Position numbers and translations under genes: made by a program | In this document: piece after piece, positions 1 to 10,327 of the stretch | How the letters are laid out: each line of letters opens with the position of its first letter | Numbering within the stretch: position 1 is the first letter of the stretch | Source: an uncultured virus (IMG/VR IMGVR_UViG_3300005611_000005) | Taxonomy: Duplodnaviria > Heunggongvirae > Uroviricota > Caudoviricetes | Virus record (IMG/VR): IMGVR_UViG_3300005611_000005 | Strand: one strand, 5' to 3' | Length of the DNA stretch: 64,000 bases | Notes under the pieces: generated by a model | Seen by the model: only the letters and a program-made list of their open reading frames with translations | What the model was told of the DNA's origin: nothing | Database searches by the model: none

Positions 1-2
1 TA

Positions 3-1229
3 ATTGAAGATATATTACAGTCAGGTGCGTTAAGTATTAATGAAGTTAAAGCTTTACGGGAGTTTTTTGCGTATAGAAAATCTAAAGTAATGCCAGTTTT
101 AAATGAAAATACGCTTCGATTAATAGATAATGAAATGTTAAAAGAAGGTTTTATAGACTGGATTAAAGAAAAAGGTAAGTCTTTTACGAACTTTTTAAAA
201 AGCGGATGGGATAAAATAAAAAAGGCATGGGGCAATTTTAAAGATTTTGTTAGTGGTATAATTAATCAGTTAAAAAAAGGCATGGCAGATGCATGGAAGC
301 AGACAGTACAAAGATTTAAAGATTCATTTGAATGGGCTAATGACGTTGTTAAAAAAATAGAAGAAATAATTTCTAAAAACGCATCTGAATTATACGGTAA
401 AATTGCAGGTAAAGTTTCTAAAATCGCTAATATAGAACCTAAAGAAGTGCATACTCAATTACCTAAAGAAATAGAGACTTTTGGTAAAGCCTCAAAGCAC
501 ATATTCAGTGTCACTAAAAGTAATTTTGTTGAGTTAGAGACCTTTGAAAAAGATGCGTTAGAAGGAAATCTTAAAGGAAATGTAGATCTAGAGCAAGAGC
601 ATGTTGGATTTTTAAAAGATAAAAAATTAGTAGAAACTTTAATTAATAAGACTCGTAGACTTTATGAATCGGCAATTGAGCATCCTGAAAATCTTATAAA
701 AAAATACCCATTACTTAAAAAAATTGTTACTGTCATATTAAAAATTTTTAAGTATACATTTGGTATTTTTAGTACAATAATAAAAAAGGCGGCCCAATTC
801 CTTGCCGAAAATGTTTTGTCTATTGTTAATGGAGTATGTCAAATGACAAACGGTCCAGTAGATCCAAATAATTATGCTGCCATGGCAGCGATTATCGGAG
901 AGCTAGCCGAAGCAGCAGGTCATAAGATACATCTACTTCATGAAAAAATTGAAATGGCAATAGATTTTATATCCAATATTGTAAAATTGGCATGTCCACC
1001 CATTGCGCCGAACGTTGAAATTATTACGCAAGCATTTCATATTGCAGCAAATTTCTTTTTTGTATATGCAATTGCTACAGTAGTATTAAATGTAATTGTA
1101 CCGGCAATAAAAAAATTCTCTAGTTGGCTAGACGAAAAGATGAAAAATGATGCGGCATTTGCATCCACTGTTAACACCGCGCTAGCTTCCGTGAGCTCGC
1201 CTGGTTACCGAGGAGTATCTGGTTCTTGA
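3..1229 (+). CDS. Hypothetical protein, 5'-truncated; probable internal head/ejected protein with hydrophobic C-terminal helices
   Basis: Frame is open from nt 3, upstream of the ATG at 90. Has L-x-E sites (LNE, LKEG, LYES) and lies just before the scaffold and capsid genes. Confidence 0.55.
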   Translation: MEDILQSGALSINEVKALREFFAYRKSKVMPVLNENTLRLIDNEMLKEGFIDWIKEKGKSFTNFLKSGWDKIKKAWGNFKDFVSGIINQLKKGMADAWKQTVQRFKDSFEWANDVVKKIEEIISKNASELYGKIAGKVSKIANIEPKEVHTQLPKEIETFGKASKHIFSVTKSNFVELETFEKDALEGNLKGNVDLEQEHVGFLKDKKLVETLINKTRRLYESAIEHPENLIKKYPLLKKIVTVILKIFKYTFGIFSTIIKKAAQFLAENVLSIVNGVCQMTNGPVDPNNYAAMAAIIGELAEAAGHKIHLLHEKIEMAIDFISNIVKLACPPIAPNVEIITQAFHIAANFFFVYAIATVVLNVIVPAIKKFSSWLDEKMKNDAAFASTVNTALASVSSPGYRGVSGS

Positions 1230-1314
1230 GTAACGCCGGATTGAAGTATTTTACTACAAACTTATTAATTTAAGAAAAATTTTTCAAAAAACCAAAGGTT
1301 TTGTAAATCTTCAC

Positions 1315-1322
1315 ATATTTAT
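1315..1322 (+). promoter_or_regulatory. Putative phage late promoter motif ATATTTAT (representative copy)
   Basis: The same motif recurs just upstream of about 20 genes (listed in findings). Confidence 0.6.
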
Positions 1323-1438
1323 TTTTGAACGCACAATACCTTGTGATAATTTATCCACTATACAAGGTGCTAGAGTAATTAACCCACTATTAAGAATTTG
1401 AATATTCTTATTTCCGATTAAAATTTAATAAGAGGACT

Positions 1439-2383
1439 ATGAAAGATTTATTAAAAGAAGCTATCGCCGACGCCAAAGCTGTACGCGAAACTGCTTTAGC
1501 TAATGCAAAGCTAGCTCTTGAAGAAGCTTTCACTCCAAGATTGCAATCAATGATTTCCGCTAAACTTTCTGAAGAAATGGAAGAAATGGAAGAGGAAGAA
1601 GAAATGGAAGAAATGATGCCTGAAGGAGATGAAATGCCAGCCCCAGAGCCAGCAGAACCAGAAGCTGAAGAAGAGTCAGATGACAGTGAAGAAATGTCAG
1701 ACGATAGCGAAGAAATGTCAGACGATGACAATGAAATGAACGAAGAAGATGACTTGGATTTAGATGAAATCATCCGAGAGCTAGAAATGGCTGAAGAGCT
1801 TGATTCATCTGAAATTGGATCTGGAGACAATAGAGTCGATGATTTAGAGGCTGATACCGATAATGACGACGATTTATTTGTTGAAGGTGAAGAAGACATG
1901 ATGGATGAAGAAGAAGATGAAGAAATTGACATTCAAGAAATCGTTCGCGCTTTACGTGAAGAAGATGAAGATGAAGAAATGATGGAAGGCGACCATGGTT
2001 CTGAGGAAGAGCATTCTTCTGAAGAGCTTGAAGAAGCTTACAATGTTATTCGTTTTCTTAAAGGTAAGATCAATGAAGTTAATTTGTTAAATGCAAAACT
2101 TTTGTATTCCAACAAATTGTTCCGTAATTTTTCATTGAATGAAAATCAGAAAATGAAAATTATTGAAAACTTCGATCGTGCATACAATTTACGTGAAGTA
2201 AAACTTGTTTACTCAACATTAGCTGAGTCATTTAAAAGCCCTTCTGCTGCTAAAAGAAAAATAGTAAAAGAATCTTTTGCTTCGAAGCCTGTAGCTTCAA
2301 CCAAACCTGCGAAGCAAGTGATTTCTGAAGGAGCTGATTTAGCTGAACGTTTTCAGAAATTAGCAGGTTTGATTAAAAATTAA
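1439..2383 (+). CDS. Prohead core scaffolding protein (T4 gp22-like)
   Basis: Very acidic middle region with a coiled-coil C-terminus (INEVNLLNAKLLY...ENFDRA); directly upstream of the capsid gene. Confidence 0.85.
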   Translation: MKDLLKEAIADAKAVRETALANAKLALEEAFTPRLQSMISAKLSEEMEEMEEEEEMEEMMPEGDEMPAPEPAEPEAEEESDDSEEMSDDSEEMSDDDNEMNEEDDLDLDEIIRELEMAEELDSSEIGSGDNRVDDLEADTDNDDDLFVEGEEDMMDEEEDEEIDIQEIVRALREEDEDEEMMEGDHGSEEEHSSEELEEAYNVIRFLKGKINEVNLLNAKLLYSNKLFRNFSLNENQKMKIIENFDRAYNLREVKLVYSTLAESFKSPSAAKRKIVKESFASKPVASTKPAKQVISEGADLAERFQKLAGLIKN

Positions 2384-2406
2384 TGTGAAACTTTAAATTA
2401 ACGAAC

Positions 2407-4083
2407 ATGTCACTACAAACTATCTTAAATGAAAGTAACTCGTTAATCCGTCGTCAAATGGACGAAACTAAAGGCCTTGTTTCTAAATGGAACAAAACCG
2501 GTCTTTTAGAAGGATTATCTAACGAGTACGAACAGCATGGTATGGCTATCATGCTTGAAAACCAAGCCAAACAATTAGTAACCGAGGCTAACTCAACCGG
2601 TACTGCTTCTAACTCAGAGCAATGGTCAGGTGTAGCTCTTCCATTGGTTCGCCGCGTATTCGCTGAAATCGCTGCTAAAGATTTCGTATCTGTACAGCCT
2701 ATGAACCTTCCTTCAGGTCTTGTATTTTATATGGACTTTAAATATGGAACAGCTCAACCAGGATTCCAGACTTCAGTGTTGAATAGCTCAACCACTCCTT
2801 CAGACGGTGATTATCAAAATAACTCTGTATTTGGTATTACTACTACTTCTGGAGACGCTTCTGAAGGTCTTTATGGATCAGGTCGTTTTGGTTATTCTAT
2901 CAACGACTCTATTAAGTCAAATAACGCTTCTGGTTCATTCTCTCCAACAGCGACTCAAGTAGCTATTTCAGCTGCTTTAGATGGCAACACTGATGAAGAT
3001 GAATTCAACTACGATTCTAAGTTTATTGCTGCTTATTCTGCTTCTATTGCTAATAACGATTTCAAAAAGCTTACCGTTTCAGTAGCTTCATTAACTCGTC
3101 CAGACTTAGAAGGTGTTCGCGCTTATGCAATTACCGGTTCAGGTATTTCTGCTTACTTCCCGCAATTCACCAAGAACATTAACGATACTACAATTACCTT
3201 TATCGTTTCTGGTTCAATTTCAGCAACCGCTGCTCAAACTTCAGTAGCTGTACGTTACCAAACTCAACCTACCGATTCAACTCGTGGTGATTTTGAAGAT
3301 ACTTCTGGTGGTAGCACTGATATCAATATTCCTGAATTGAATGTTGAATTGAAGTCTGAAGCAATTGTTGCTAAAACTCGTAAATTGAAAGCTATTTGGT
3401 CTCCTGAGTTCGCTCAAGACTTGAACGCTTATCACTCTATCGACGCTGAAGCTGAATTGACTTCTATGCTTTCTGAATATATCTCTCAAGAGATTGACCT
3501 TGAAATCTTAGATATGTTGATTCAAAATGCAGTAACTGAAGAGAAATGGTCTGCACGTATTGGATATGAGTACAATGCTGCTACCGATCAATTCTCAACC
3601 ACTGGTGCTTTCACTGGTACTGCATACAACCAAGGAACTTGGTTCCAAACTTTAGGAACTAAAATTCAAAAGGTATCTAATAAAATTCACCAAAAGACAA
3701 TGCGCGGTGGTGCTAACTTCTTAGTTTGCTCTCCAGACGTTGCAACTATCCTTGAGTCTATCCCAGGATATGCTGCTGACACTAATGGTGATAAGATGCA
3801 GTTTGCAATGGGTGTACAGAAAGTAGGTTTACTTAACAACCGCTTTACCGTATACAAGAACCCATATATGACCGACAATGTAATCTTGTTAGGTTATCGT
3901 GGCGCTCAGTTCCTTGAAACTGGTGCAGTATATGCTCCATATATTCCGTTGATCATGACTCCATTAGTATACGATCCTACCAACTTTACGCCACGTAAAG
4001 GGGTAATGACTCGTTATGCTAAGAAAATGGTTCGTCCGGAGTTTTATGGAACAATCAAAGTACATGGATTGAATTACGTTTAA
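2407..4083 (+). CDS. Major capsid protein (T4 gp23-like)
   Basis: LPLVRRVF, VSVQPMNLPSGLVFY, AKTRKLKAIWSPEFAQDL, YAPYIPL and FTPRKGVMTRYA motifs. Confidence 0.97.
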   Translation: MSLQTILNESNSLIRRQMDETKGLVSKWNKTGLLEGLSNEYEQHGMAIMLENQAKQLVTEANSTGTASNSEQWSGVALPLVRRVFAEIAAKDFVSVQPMNLPSGLVFYMDFKYGTAQPGFQTSVLNSSTTPSDGDYQNNSVFGITTTSGDASEGLYGSGRFGYSINDSIKSNNASGSFSPTATQVAISAALDGNTDEDEFNYDSKFIAAYSASIANNDFKKLTVSVASLTRPDLEGVRAYAITGSGISAYFPQFTKNINDTTITFIVSGSISATAAQTSVAVRYQTQPTDSTRGDFEDTSGGSTDINIPELNVELKSEAIVAKTRKLKAIWSPEFAQDLNAYHSIDAEAELTSMLSEYISQEIDLEILDMLIQNAVTEEKWSARIGYEYNAATDQFSTTGAFTGTAYNQGTWFQTLGTKIQKVSNKIHQKTMRGGANFLVCSPDVATILESIPGYAADTNGDKMQFAMGVQKVGLLNNRFTVYKNPYMTDNVILLGYRGAQFLETGAVYAPYIPLIMTPLVYDPTNFTPRKGVMTRYAKKMVRPEFYGTIKVHGLNYV

Positions 4084-4105
4084 TCTATACACTTAATGTA
4101 AAAGT

Positions 4106-4131
4106 AAAGGGGCTTCGGCCCCTTTTCTTTT
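4106..4131 (+). terminator. Rho-independent terminator
   Basis: AAAGGGGC-TTCG-GCCCCTTT followed by a T tract after the capsid gene. Confidence 0.9.
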
Positions 4132-4195
4132 GTAGAATAATATTGTTTTGAATATTGAGCGATATTTATAATAAAATAATAATTCGACCTACCAT

Positions 4196-5965
4196 ATGAG
4201 AACTATTGCCAAAATTCAATGTAAAGAATGTGGATTTGCTACAACTAAAATAGGTATTTCCAAACATATTACATGTAAACATAATATGACCGTAGATGAT
4301 TATGTTTTAAAGCATGGAGAATATCGACCTAGAAAATTATACGCTCAGTTGAAATTGACAGAAAACGCTACAGGTGAATTTCAATGTCTAATATGTAATA
4401 CAGTATTTTCTACAAATAAGCGATTAATGCATCATGTGCAATCTGTACATGATTTAGATACTATTAAATATGTAAAACAATATATATTTAACAACATTCC
4501 TCAGGAATGTCCATGTGGCTGTGGACAGGAAGTTAATTATTTAATTCGACCGCCTTATAAACTTAAATGTATATCTGGGCATAATTCAAAATATGCCAAT
4601 GGAATGACTGGTAAAATTGTTGCTACAGAAACTAAAATATTACAGTCTGAACTAGCAATTAAACGTGGAGTAATGTTAAATAAAAAAGACACTTCAATCG
4701 AGATTCTTTTTAAAGAATACTTAACGAAAAATAATATACGATTTGAAGATCAATGTCAAACTGATTATGGTATTGTAGATTTTTATTTACCTGATCATGA
4801 TATGTATGTTGAAGTTGACGGTTCATATTGGCATCCTAAAATTATATTGAATTTAAATTTTAATCAAATGTCAAATGTTATCAATGATATACGCAAAAAT
4901 AAAAATATTAAAAATCTTGTAAGAATTTGCGATACTGATATACTTTCAGATAATATATCTTTGAATTGTATTGATTTGACGGACGATATATATATTGACA
5001 ATTATATAAATTTCTTAAGTCGGGAGTTTTTAATTAAATACAAATCTAATAAAGGTTCAGATAAATTGCGGCAAAAGGTCAATTTAATTTTAAAGTTTAT
5101 ACAAACTATATCAAGTACATTTCCATACGATGATGTTAATAATGTAAATGTTATCAAAGCGTATAATAAATTATCGAACTGTAACTCTGTTCTAGAAGAT
5201 AATGTATTTTATAATAATCGATGTTCATCTATAGGATCTAGAGAATTAAAATCAATATTTAAATCTTTTTATCGCAGCAAAAACTTAAAATCGTATACTC
5301 CAGAAGAAGTTTGGAAAAATGACGTAATAATGCGAAGATTAATTGAGTATCGAATTGGATTAAATAAAAATAGCGAAACGTTTAATATTTCATTGAATCA
5401 AATTCGTAGAGCAATAACAGTTAATAAGTATACTGTATCTTGGTTCAAACCACACCTAGCAATGAGCATTTATTCAGAGTTTATTGTAAATAAATCGAAT
5501 CCTGTCGTGTTAGATCCTTGTGCTGGATTCGGAGCTAGAATGTTAGGGTTTTACGCTGCATATCCAAACGGTACGTATATAGGAATTGAACCAAATAAAG
5601 AAACGTATAACGAGTTAATTTTGCTCAATGAAATACTAGGTAAAAATAGTATATTAATAAATGATCGATATGAAAATATTAATATCGAATCTATTAATTA
5701 TGACATTGCATTTACTTCTATTCCATACTGGAATACTGAAATATATTCGACAGATCATACAAAATTTTATACTGGCTATCAAGAATGGAAAGATACATTT
5801 TTAAATAAAATTAAAAATACGAAAAATATGATAGTTAATGTTCCAGAAGCGTTATATAATGAATTTGATAATATTGAAAGTGAATATTATTTAAAAAATA
5901 ATACTTCACACTTTAATACTAAACAAAACGATAAATTTGAATATATTTTAAAACTAACCAATTAA
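4196..5965 (+). CDS. C2H2 Zn-finger / DUF559(Vsr)-like endonuclease / amino-DNA-methyltransferase fusion
   Basis: Two CxxC...H..H fingers, CPCGCG, VDFYLP...VEVDGSYWH nuclease motif, DPCAGFG SAM-binding motif and TSIPY motif IV. More AT-rich than its neighbours. Confidence 0.75.
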   Translation: MRTIAKIQCKECGFATTKIGISKHITCKHNMTVDDYVLKHGEYRPRKLYAQLKLTENATGEFQCLICNTVFSTNKRLMHHVQSVHDLDTIKYVKQYIFNNIPQECPCGCGQEVNYLIRPPYKLKCISGHNSKYANGMTGKIVATETKILQSELAIKRGVMLNKKDTSIEILFKEYLTKNNIRFEDQCQTDYGIVDFYLPDHDMYVEVDGSYWHPKIILNLNFNQMSNVINDIRKNKNIKNLVRICDTDILSDNISLNCIDLTDDIYIDNYINFLSREFLIKYKSNKGSDKLRQKVNLILKFIQTISSTFPYDDVNNVNVIKAYNKLSNCNSVLEDNVFYNNRCSSIGSRELKSIFKSFYRSKNLKSYTPEEVWKNDVIMRRLIEYRIGLNKNSETFNISLNQIRRAITVNKYTVSWFKPHLAMSIYSEFIVNKSNPVVLDPCAGFGARMLGFYAAYPNGTYIGIEPNKETYNELILLNEILGKNSILINDRYENINIESINYDIAFTSIPYWNTEIYSTDHTKFYTGYQEWKDTFLNKIKNTKNMIVNVPEALYNEFDNIESEYYLKNNTSHFNTKQNDKFEYILKLTN

Positions 5966-6023
5966 TCTTGCACTTTTTACTGTTTAATTAACGTCATTTG
6001 ATATTTATAATAAATCAAGTTAT

Positions 6024-6710
6024 ATGAATACATCAGATACAAAAACACCTAACGCTTCAAAGCGCAAACCTAAAGGGCCTATTAAATTTGCTATTCAATT
6101 AAATGAAGAGCAAAAAGAAGCGAAATCAAATATACTTGATAATACAGTTACGTTATTAAAAGGTCAGGCAGGCTCTGGTAAAACTTTATTAGCGTGTCAA
6201 ATTGCATTAGATTTATTTTTCAATCGTCAAATTGAAAAAATAATTATTACGCGTCCTGTAGTAGCAGCTGCTGATGACATAGGATATTTACCAGGTTCAA
6301 TGAAAGAAAAAATGGATCCATGGTTAGCTCCTATTTATGCAAATTTATATATGCTATACAATAAAGATGTTATTGATAAGATGATTGAAGCTCAAGATAT
6401 AGAAATTCTTCCGTTCGCATTTGTACGTGGAAGAACGTTTGTAAATTCAGCAGTTATTGTCGATGAAGCCCAGAATGTATCTAATTTGCAAACGGAAATG
6501 ATTATAGGCCGTTTAGGTCTTAATTCAAAAATGATATTTTGCGGTGATACTGCACAAATCGATTTAAAAAATAAAAAAGAATCTGGAATTGATTTTTTTA
6601 AAATTTTAGAATCTAGAGTTTCAGGAGTTAAGGTAATTATATTAAAGGAGAATCATAGACATCCTATAGTTCCGGAAATTTTATCTGTTTATAAAGAATA
6701 CGATCGATGA
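6024..6710 (+). CDS. phoH: PhoH-family ATPase
   Basis: GQAGSGKT, IIITRP, GYLPG, RGRTF, VDEAQN and GDTAQID motifs. Confidence 0.95.
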   Translation: MNTSDTKTPNASKRKPKGPIKFAIQLNEEQKEAKSNILDNTVTLLKGQAGSGKTLLACQIALDLFFNRQIEKIIITRPVVAAADDIGYLPGSMKEKMDPWLAPIYANLYMLYNKDVIDKMIEAQDIEILPFAFVRGRTFVNSAVIVDEAQNVSNLQTEMIIGRLGLNSKMIFCGDTAQIDLKNKKESGIDFFKILESRVSGVKVIILKENHRHPIVPEILSVYKEYDR

Positions 6711-7396
6711 CTATAGAAAATTATTTTGCTGAAAAATTAAATAAGTTTCAACGAAAATTCAATTTGAATACAGTATATTCAAACCCATATCATACTGCCT
6801 TTGGTCAAGTTGAAGAATCGCAAGAAAATGCCGATCATCAAATTAAATTGGCAACGATGGTTCGCGAATTGCAAGAAGATTTTGCTGATAAATACGGTAA
6901 AAATAAATACATAGAATTAGGTACTAAAGACATTGTTGATTTTGCTGATAACATTTACAATTTAATTGCAACTGCATATAGAGATAAAGGAGGGCACTTC
7001 GAATTTCAATCAGGGCAGGATGTAATCAATTCTGATTTGAATTATTGGATAGCAGCAGATATCGATAAAGATCCAGACGCTGATGTAACTATTGGAGGTA
7101 AAAAGACCAATTACGGAACAAAGTTAACTGTAATGGGACAAGATGGTGAAAAAGAATCTAAAAAGTCTGCTGTCGTTAAAATGATTGATATGATGAAGAA
7201 GAAAGGCTTTTATGCTGAAATGGATGAAGATTTAGCAAACAAATTAGGTTTGGAAGTTGTAACAGACGAAGATATTATACGAAAAGTAATGTCAGGTAAA
7301 GAGCTTAAATTTACTGGTAATGGTAGATATAGAAGAAACATTTCAGGAGCAGGTAAAGTAAAAGAAAAAGTACTAGTAGGAATTCCAAAAGTATAG
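6707..7396 (+). CDS. Hypothetical protein (possible head protein)
   Basis: 229-aa ORF overlapping phoH by ATGA; no recognised catalytic motif. Confidence 0.6.
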   Translation: MTIENYFAEKLNKFQRKFNLNTVYSNPYHTAFGQVEESQENADHQIKLATMVRELQEDFADKYGKNKYIELGTKDIVDFADNIYNLIATAYRDKGGHFEFQSGQDVINSDLNYWIAADIDKDPDADVTIGGKKTNYGTKLTVMGQDGEKESKKSAVVKMIDMMKKKGFYAEMDEDLANKLGLEVVTDEDIIRKVMSGKELKFTGNGRYRRNISGAGKVKEKVLVGIPKV

Positions 7397-7464
7397 TTGT
7401 CGTATAGTTCTAAATTAGTAACGTATTTTGTTACAAAAGATATTTATATTAAAGACGGAACGAA

Positions 7465-8616
7465 ATGGCAGTACAAATTCCAATATGGCCCGGGTCTAGC
7501 AGTTTTTCTTCAGGACAGACTCAATTTTTCTTTTTCGATTCAGACACTGCATTTTCTGCAGATGCTGATAAAGTAGCGTCATGGTGCGCAACTCGATTAG
7601 GATATCCATTAAATGATGTAGAGCTTCAAGCAACACATTTTTACGCTTGTTTTGAAGAAGCTGTATTAGAATATTCCAATCAGGTAAATCAGTTTAGTAT
7701 TCGAGACAACATGTTTCAGTTGCAAGGTTCGCCAACTGGGTCTAGCTTAACAGGAAAGCCAGTGCAACCTCATTTAGGAAGATTGATTGGGTTATCAAAA
7801 CATTATGGAACAGAAGCTGGATCTGGTGGATATTTAACGTATAAAACAGCTTCAATGGATATCGTTGAAGGAAAGCAGGTATATAACATTCCAGACTTCA
7901 GTTTTGAATTAGCTTCTGATTCAACAAGAGATATTGAAGTTCGTAAAGTATTTCATTTTCAGCCTCCAGCTATTGTACGATATTTTGACCCGTTTGTAGG
8001 TACAGGTTTAGGTTCGCAACAGTTATTGGAAAATTTCGGTTGGGGTTCATATTCACCTGGAGTATCATTTTTAATGATGCCTATATATGCAGATTTACTT
8101 CGTTTACAAGCTATTGAATTCAATGATTTAGTACGTAGATCAGGATATTCCTTTGAAATTACAGGAGATCGTTTTAGAATATTTCCAATACCTACCTATG
8201 ATTTCAAATTGTTTATACAGTATACTACCGTTGAAGATCGTAACAATTTAAATGCTAATATAGCTAATAATTTAATAGGAGATTTTTCAAACGCGCCGTA
8301 TACATTGCATCAATACCGACATATCAATCCGGCCGGAAGACAATGGATCTATAAGTATACACTTGCACTTAGTAAGGAAGTGCTCGGTAATGTACGCAAT
8401 AAGTACGGTAGTATTCCAATACCTGGATCTGAAATCACCTTAAATGGTGCAGATTTAGTATCTCAAGGACAAACAGAGCAAACTGAATTGGTTACGCAAT
8501 TGCGAGAAAATTTAGAAGCAGTTTCTAGACAAACGCAATTAGCAAAAATGACTGAAGAAGGAGATAATATTCAGTCTCAGTTAAATAAGGTACCACTTCC
8601 AATTTATATAGGATAG
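7465..8616 (+). CDS. Neck protein (T4 gp13-like head-tail adaptor)
   Basis: RLGYPLNDVEL...WIYKYTLALSKEVLGNVRNKY...ITLNG pattern; gene order. Confidence 0.85.
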   Translation: MAVQIPIWPGSSSFSSGQTQFFFFDSDTAFSADADKVASWCATRLGYPLNDVELQATHFYACFEEAVLEYSNQVNQFSIRDNMFQLQGSPTGSSLTGKPVQPHLGRLIGLSKHYGTEAGSGGYLTYKTASMDIVEGKQVYNIPDFSFELASDSTRDIEVRKVFHFQPPAIVRYFDPFVGTGLGSQQLLENFGWGSYSPGVSFLMMPIYADLLRLQAIEFNDLVRRSGYSFEITGDRFRIFPIPTYDFKLFIQYTTVEDRNNLNANIANNLIGDFSNAPYTLHQYRHINPAGRQWIYKYTLALSKEVLGNVRNKYGSIPIPGSEITLNGADLVSQGQTEQTELVTQLRENLEAVSRQTQLAKMTEEGDNIQSQLNKVPLPIYIG

Positions 8617-8617
8617 T

Positions 8618-9148
8618 ATGGCATTATTCGGATCAGCTCGCGACGCTTCATTAATTAGAACGCTGAACAGGGAATTGCTTCAGCGCTGGATTGATACTGA
8701 AGTTTTAGTATATAAAATTAATTTGAATTCGACTGCGACCAATTTGTATGACGAAACAGATAATAAATCGTATGATACTCCTGTATTAGTACATTCATTA
8801 GTTACACTTGACGATTCAACTTGGCAAAATGAAGATTATGGAATAGATACGACACAAACAGCTCAGTTTGCATTTTTGTTAGATGATTTAGTCGATAAAA
8901 ATGTACGACCTGAAGTTGGCGATGTAATTGAATATAAGTCTAGATTTTTTGAAATTGACGGAGAAAATGAAAATCAGTATTTTGCTGGAAAGAATCCTGA
9001 AGAATGGCTTGGGGGAGATTCTCATGGGTACAGTGTATCTATAATTTATACAGCTCATATGACTCGTCAATCGCAACTTAATATAGTGCAAAATCGTTTT
9101 GGAAATTCAGTGTCAATTAAAGATGTTACGCTACCGAAAAATTTATAA
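8618..9148 (+). CDS. Neck/head-closure protein (T4 gp14-like)
   Basis: NLYDE...PEVGDVI...FFEI pattern; follows the gp13-like gene. Confidence 0.75.
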   Translation: MALFGSARDASLIRTLNRELLQRWIDTEVLVYKINLNSTATNLYDETDNKSYDTPVLVHSLVTLDDSTWQNEDYGIDTTQTAQFAFLLDDLVDKNVRPEVGDVIEYKSRFFEIDGENENQYFAGKNPEEWLGGDSHGYSVSIIYTAHMTRQSQLNIVQNRFGNSVSIKDVTLPKNL

Positions 9149-9151
9149 TAG

Positions 9152-10327
9152 ATGAAGCCACGTAAACCAGCACGTACAGAATCGACATTTACTTCTAATC
9201 GACAAATTAGAGCAAATGAAGGAGCGTCTGATTTTAAAATTCAGTCTGGAGTACGAGCAATTAACATAGCGTTGTATGACGTTGATTATGCAGTAAAGTG
9301 GCATTTAGAATCTAAAATTAATCCAACGATTTTAGAAAATCAAGCAGTATTAACAGTTCCAATAATATTCGCATCTGGCGAAAAATGGACTATGATACGA
9401 AAAAATGGATATTTACGAGACAATCAAGGTAAGTTGCTTACGCCACTGATTGTAATACGAAGAAATTCCATATCAAAGCGAGAAGATATTCAAGATTTAA
9501 AAGTTCTAGAAACACCTGATTCTCGTATGACATTTGAACGTCGTTACACTAAAAAGAACAAGTACGATCGATTTTCGCTGTCAGGCCAAAGTCCAGTAAG
9601 AGAATTTTATTCAGTTGACATTCCGAAATTTGTACAAATTGAATATGAACTGTTGATTTGGACAAACAATACTCAACAATTAAATGAAATTGTTGAACAG
9701 TTAATGTGGTGGGACGGTAAAGCTTTTGGTGATTCATATAAATTTATAACGCATATCGATCCTCCGACTTTTGAATCTGTTAACACGCCAGGTGATGATA
9801 GAATTGTTCGAGCAAATATGTCTATGCGAACAAAAGCTCATATACTAAACCCGAAAGGACCAAACGCTCCGGCAATATATAAACTTAATCCTGTTAATCG
9901 AGTGCAATTCGGATTGGAAGTAGACTCTGTAATAGATACTGGACAATCGTTAGTAGGGACTCCGCCACAAACTCAAACGAGTTCACCTTCAGTATCACCT
10001 GGTCCAGGATCGACTACTATATCTGGTCAAACTGTTACTTATTTAAGTACTAATCATCAATTAACAGGTACAGTAATTAGCACGACAACAGTTACATTTA
10101 ATTCTGGATGGTTAACTGCCCCTGGAACTTTACCAAATACTAGTGTAGACAATTTTACATTTTTTGTTAATGGAATTTTTGTTGAAAAGACTGCAATTGT
10201 ATCATTTACTCAAAGTTCCAATGTAAGCACGTTGGTAATCAATCCTACAAATTTAGGTTATAATTTAGCAGTATCCGATGAAGTTGTCGGTATTGGAAAA
10301 TTTATTAACAAAGATAATTTAGCGTAA
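9152..10327 (+). CDS. Tail terminator/sheath stabiliser (T4 gp15-like) with C-terminal extension
   Basis: VPIIFASGEKW...LTPLIVIRR...IEYELLIWT...LNEIVEQ pattern; gene order. Confidence 0.7.
   Translation: MKPRKPARTESTFTSNRQIRANEGASDFKIQSGVRAINIALYDVDYAVKWHLESKINPTILENQAVLTVPIIFASGEKWTMIRKNGYLRDNQGKLLTPLIVIRRNSISKREDIQDLKVLETPDSRMTFERRYTKKNKYDRFSLSGQSPVREFYSVDIPKFVQIEYELLIWTNNTQQLNEIVEQLMWWDGKAFGDSYKFITHIDPPTFESVNTPGDDRIVRANMSMRTKAHILNPKGPNAPAIYKLNPVNRVQFGLEVDSVIDTGQSLVGTPPQTQTSSPSVSPGPGSTTISGQTVTYLSTNHQLTGTVISTTTVTFNSGWLTAPGTLPNTSVDNFTFFVNGIFVEKTAIVSFTQSSNVSTLVINPTNLGYNLAVSDEVVGIGKFINKDNLA

Noticed and set aside
1675..1730. 21-nt repeats (SDDSEEM) in the scaffold gene
   Set aside because: Ordinary low-complexity expansion in an acidic linker.
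1408..1932. 174-aa Ser-rich minus-strand ORF
   Set aside because: Antisense shadow of the Glu/Asp-rich scaffold gene; the other short minus-strand and nested ORFs in the track are likewise shadows.
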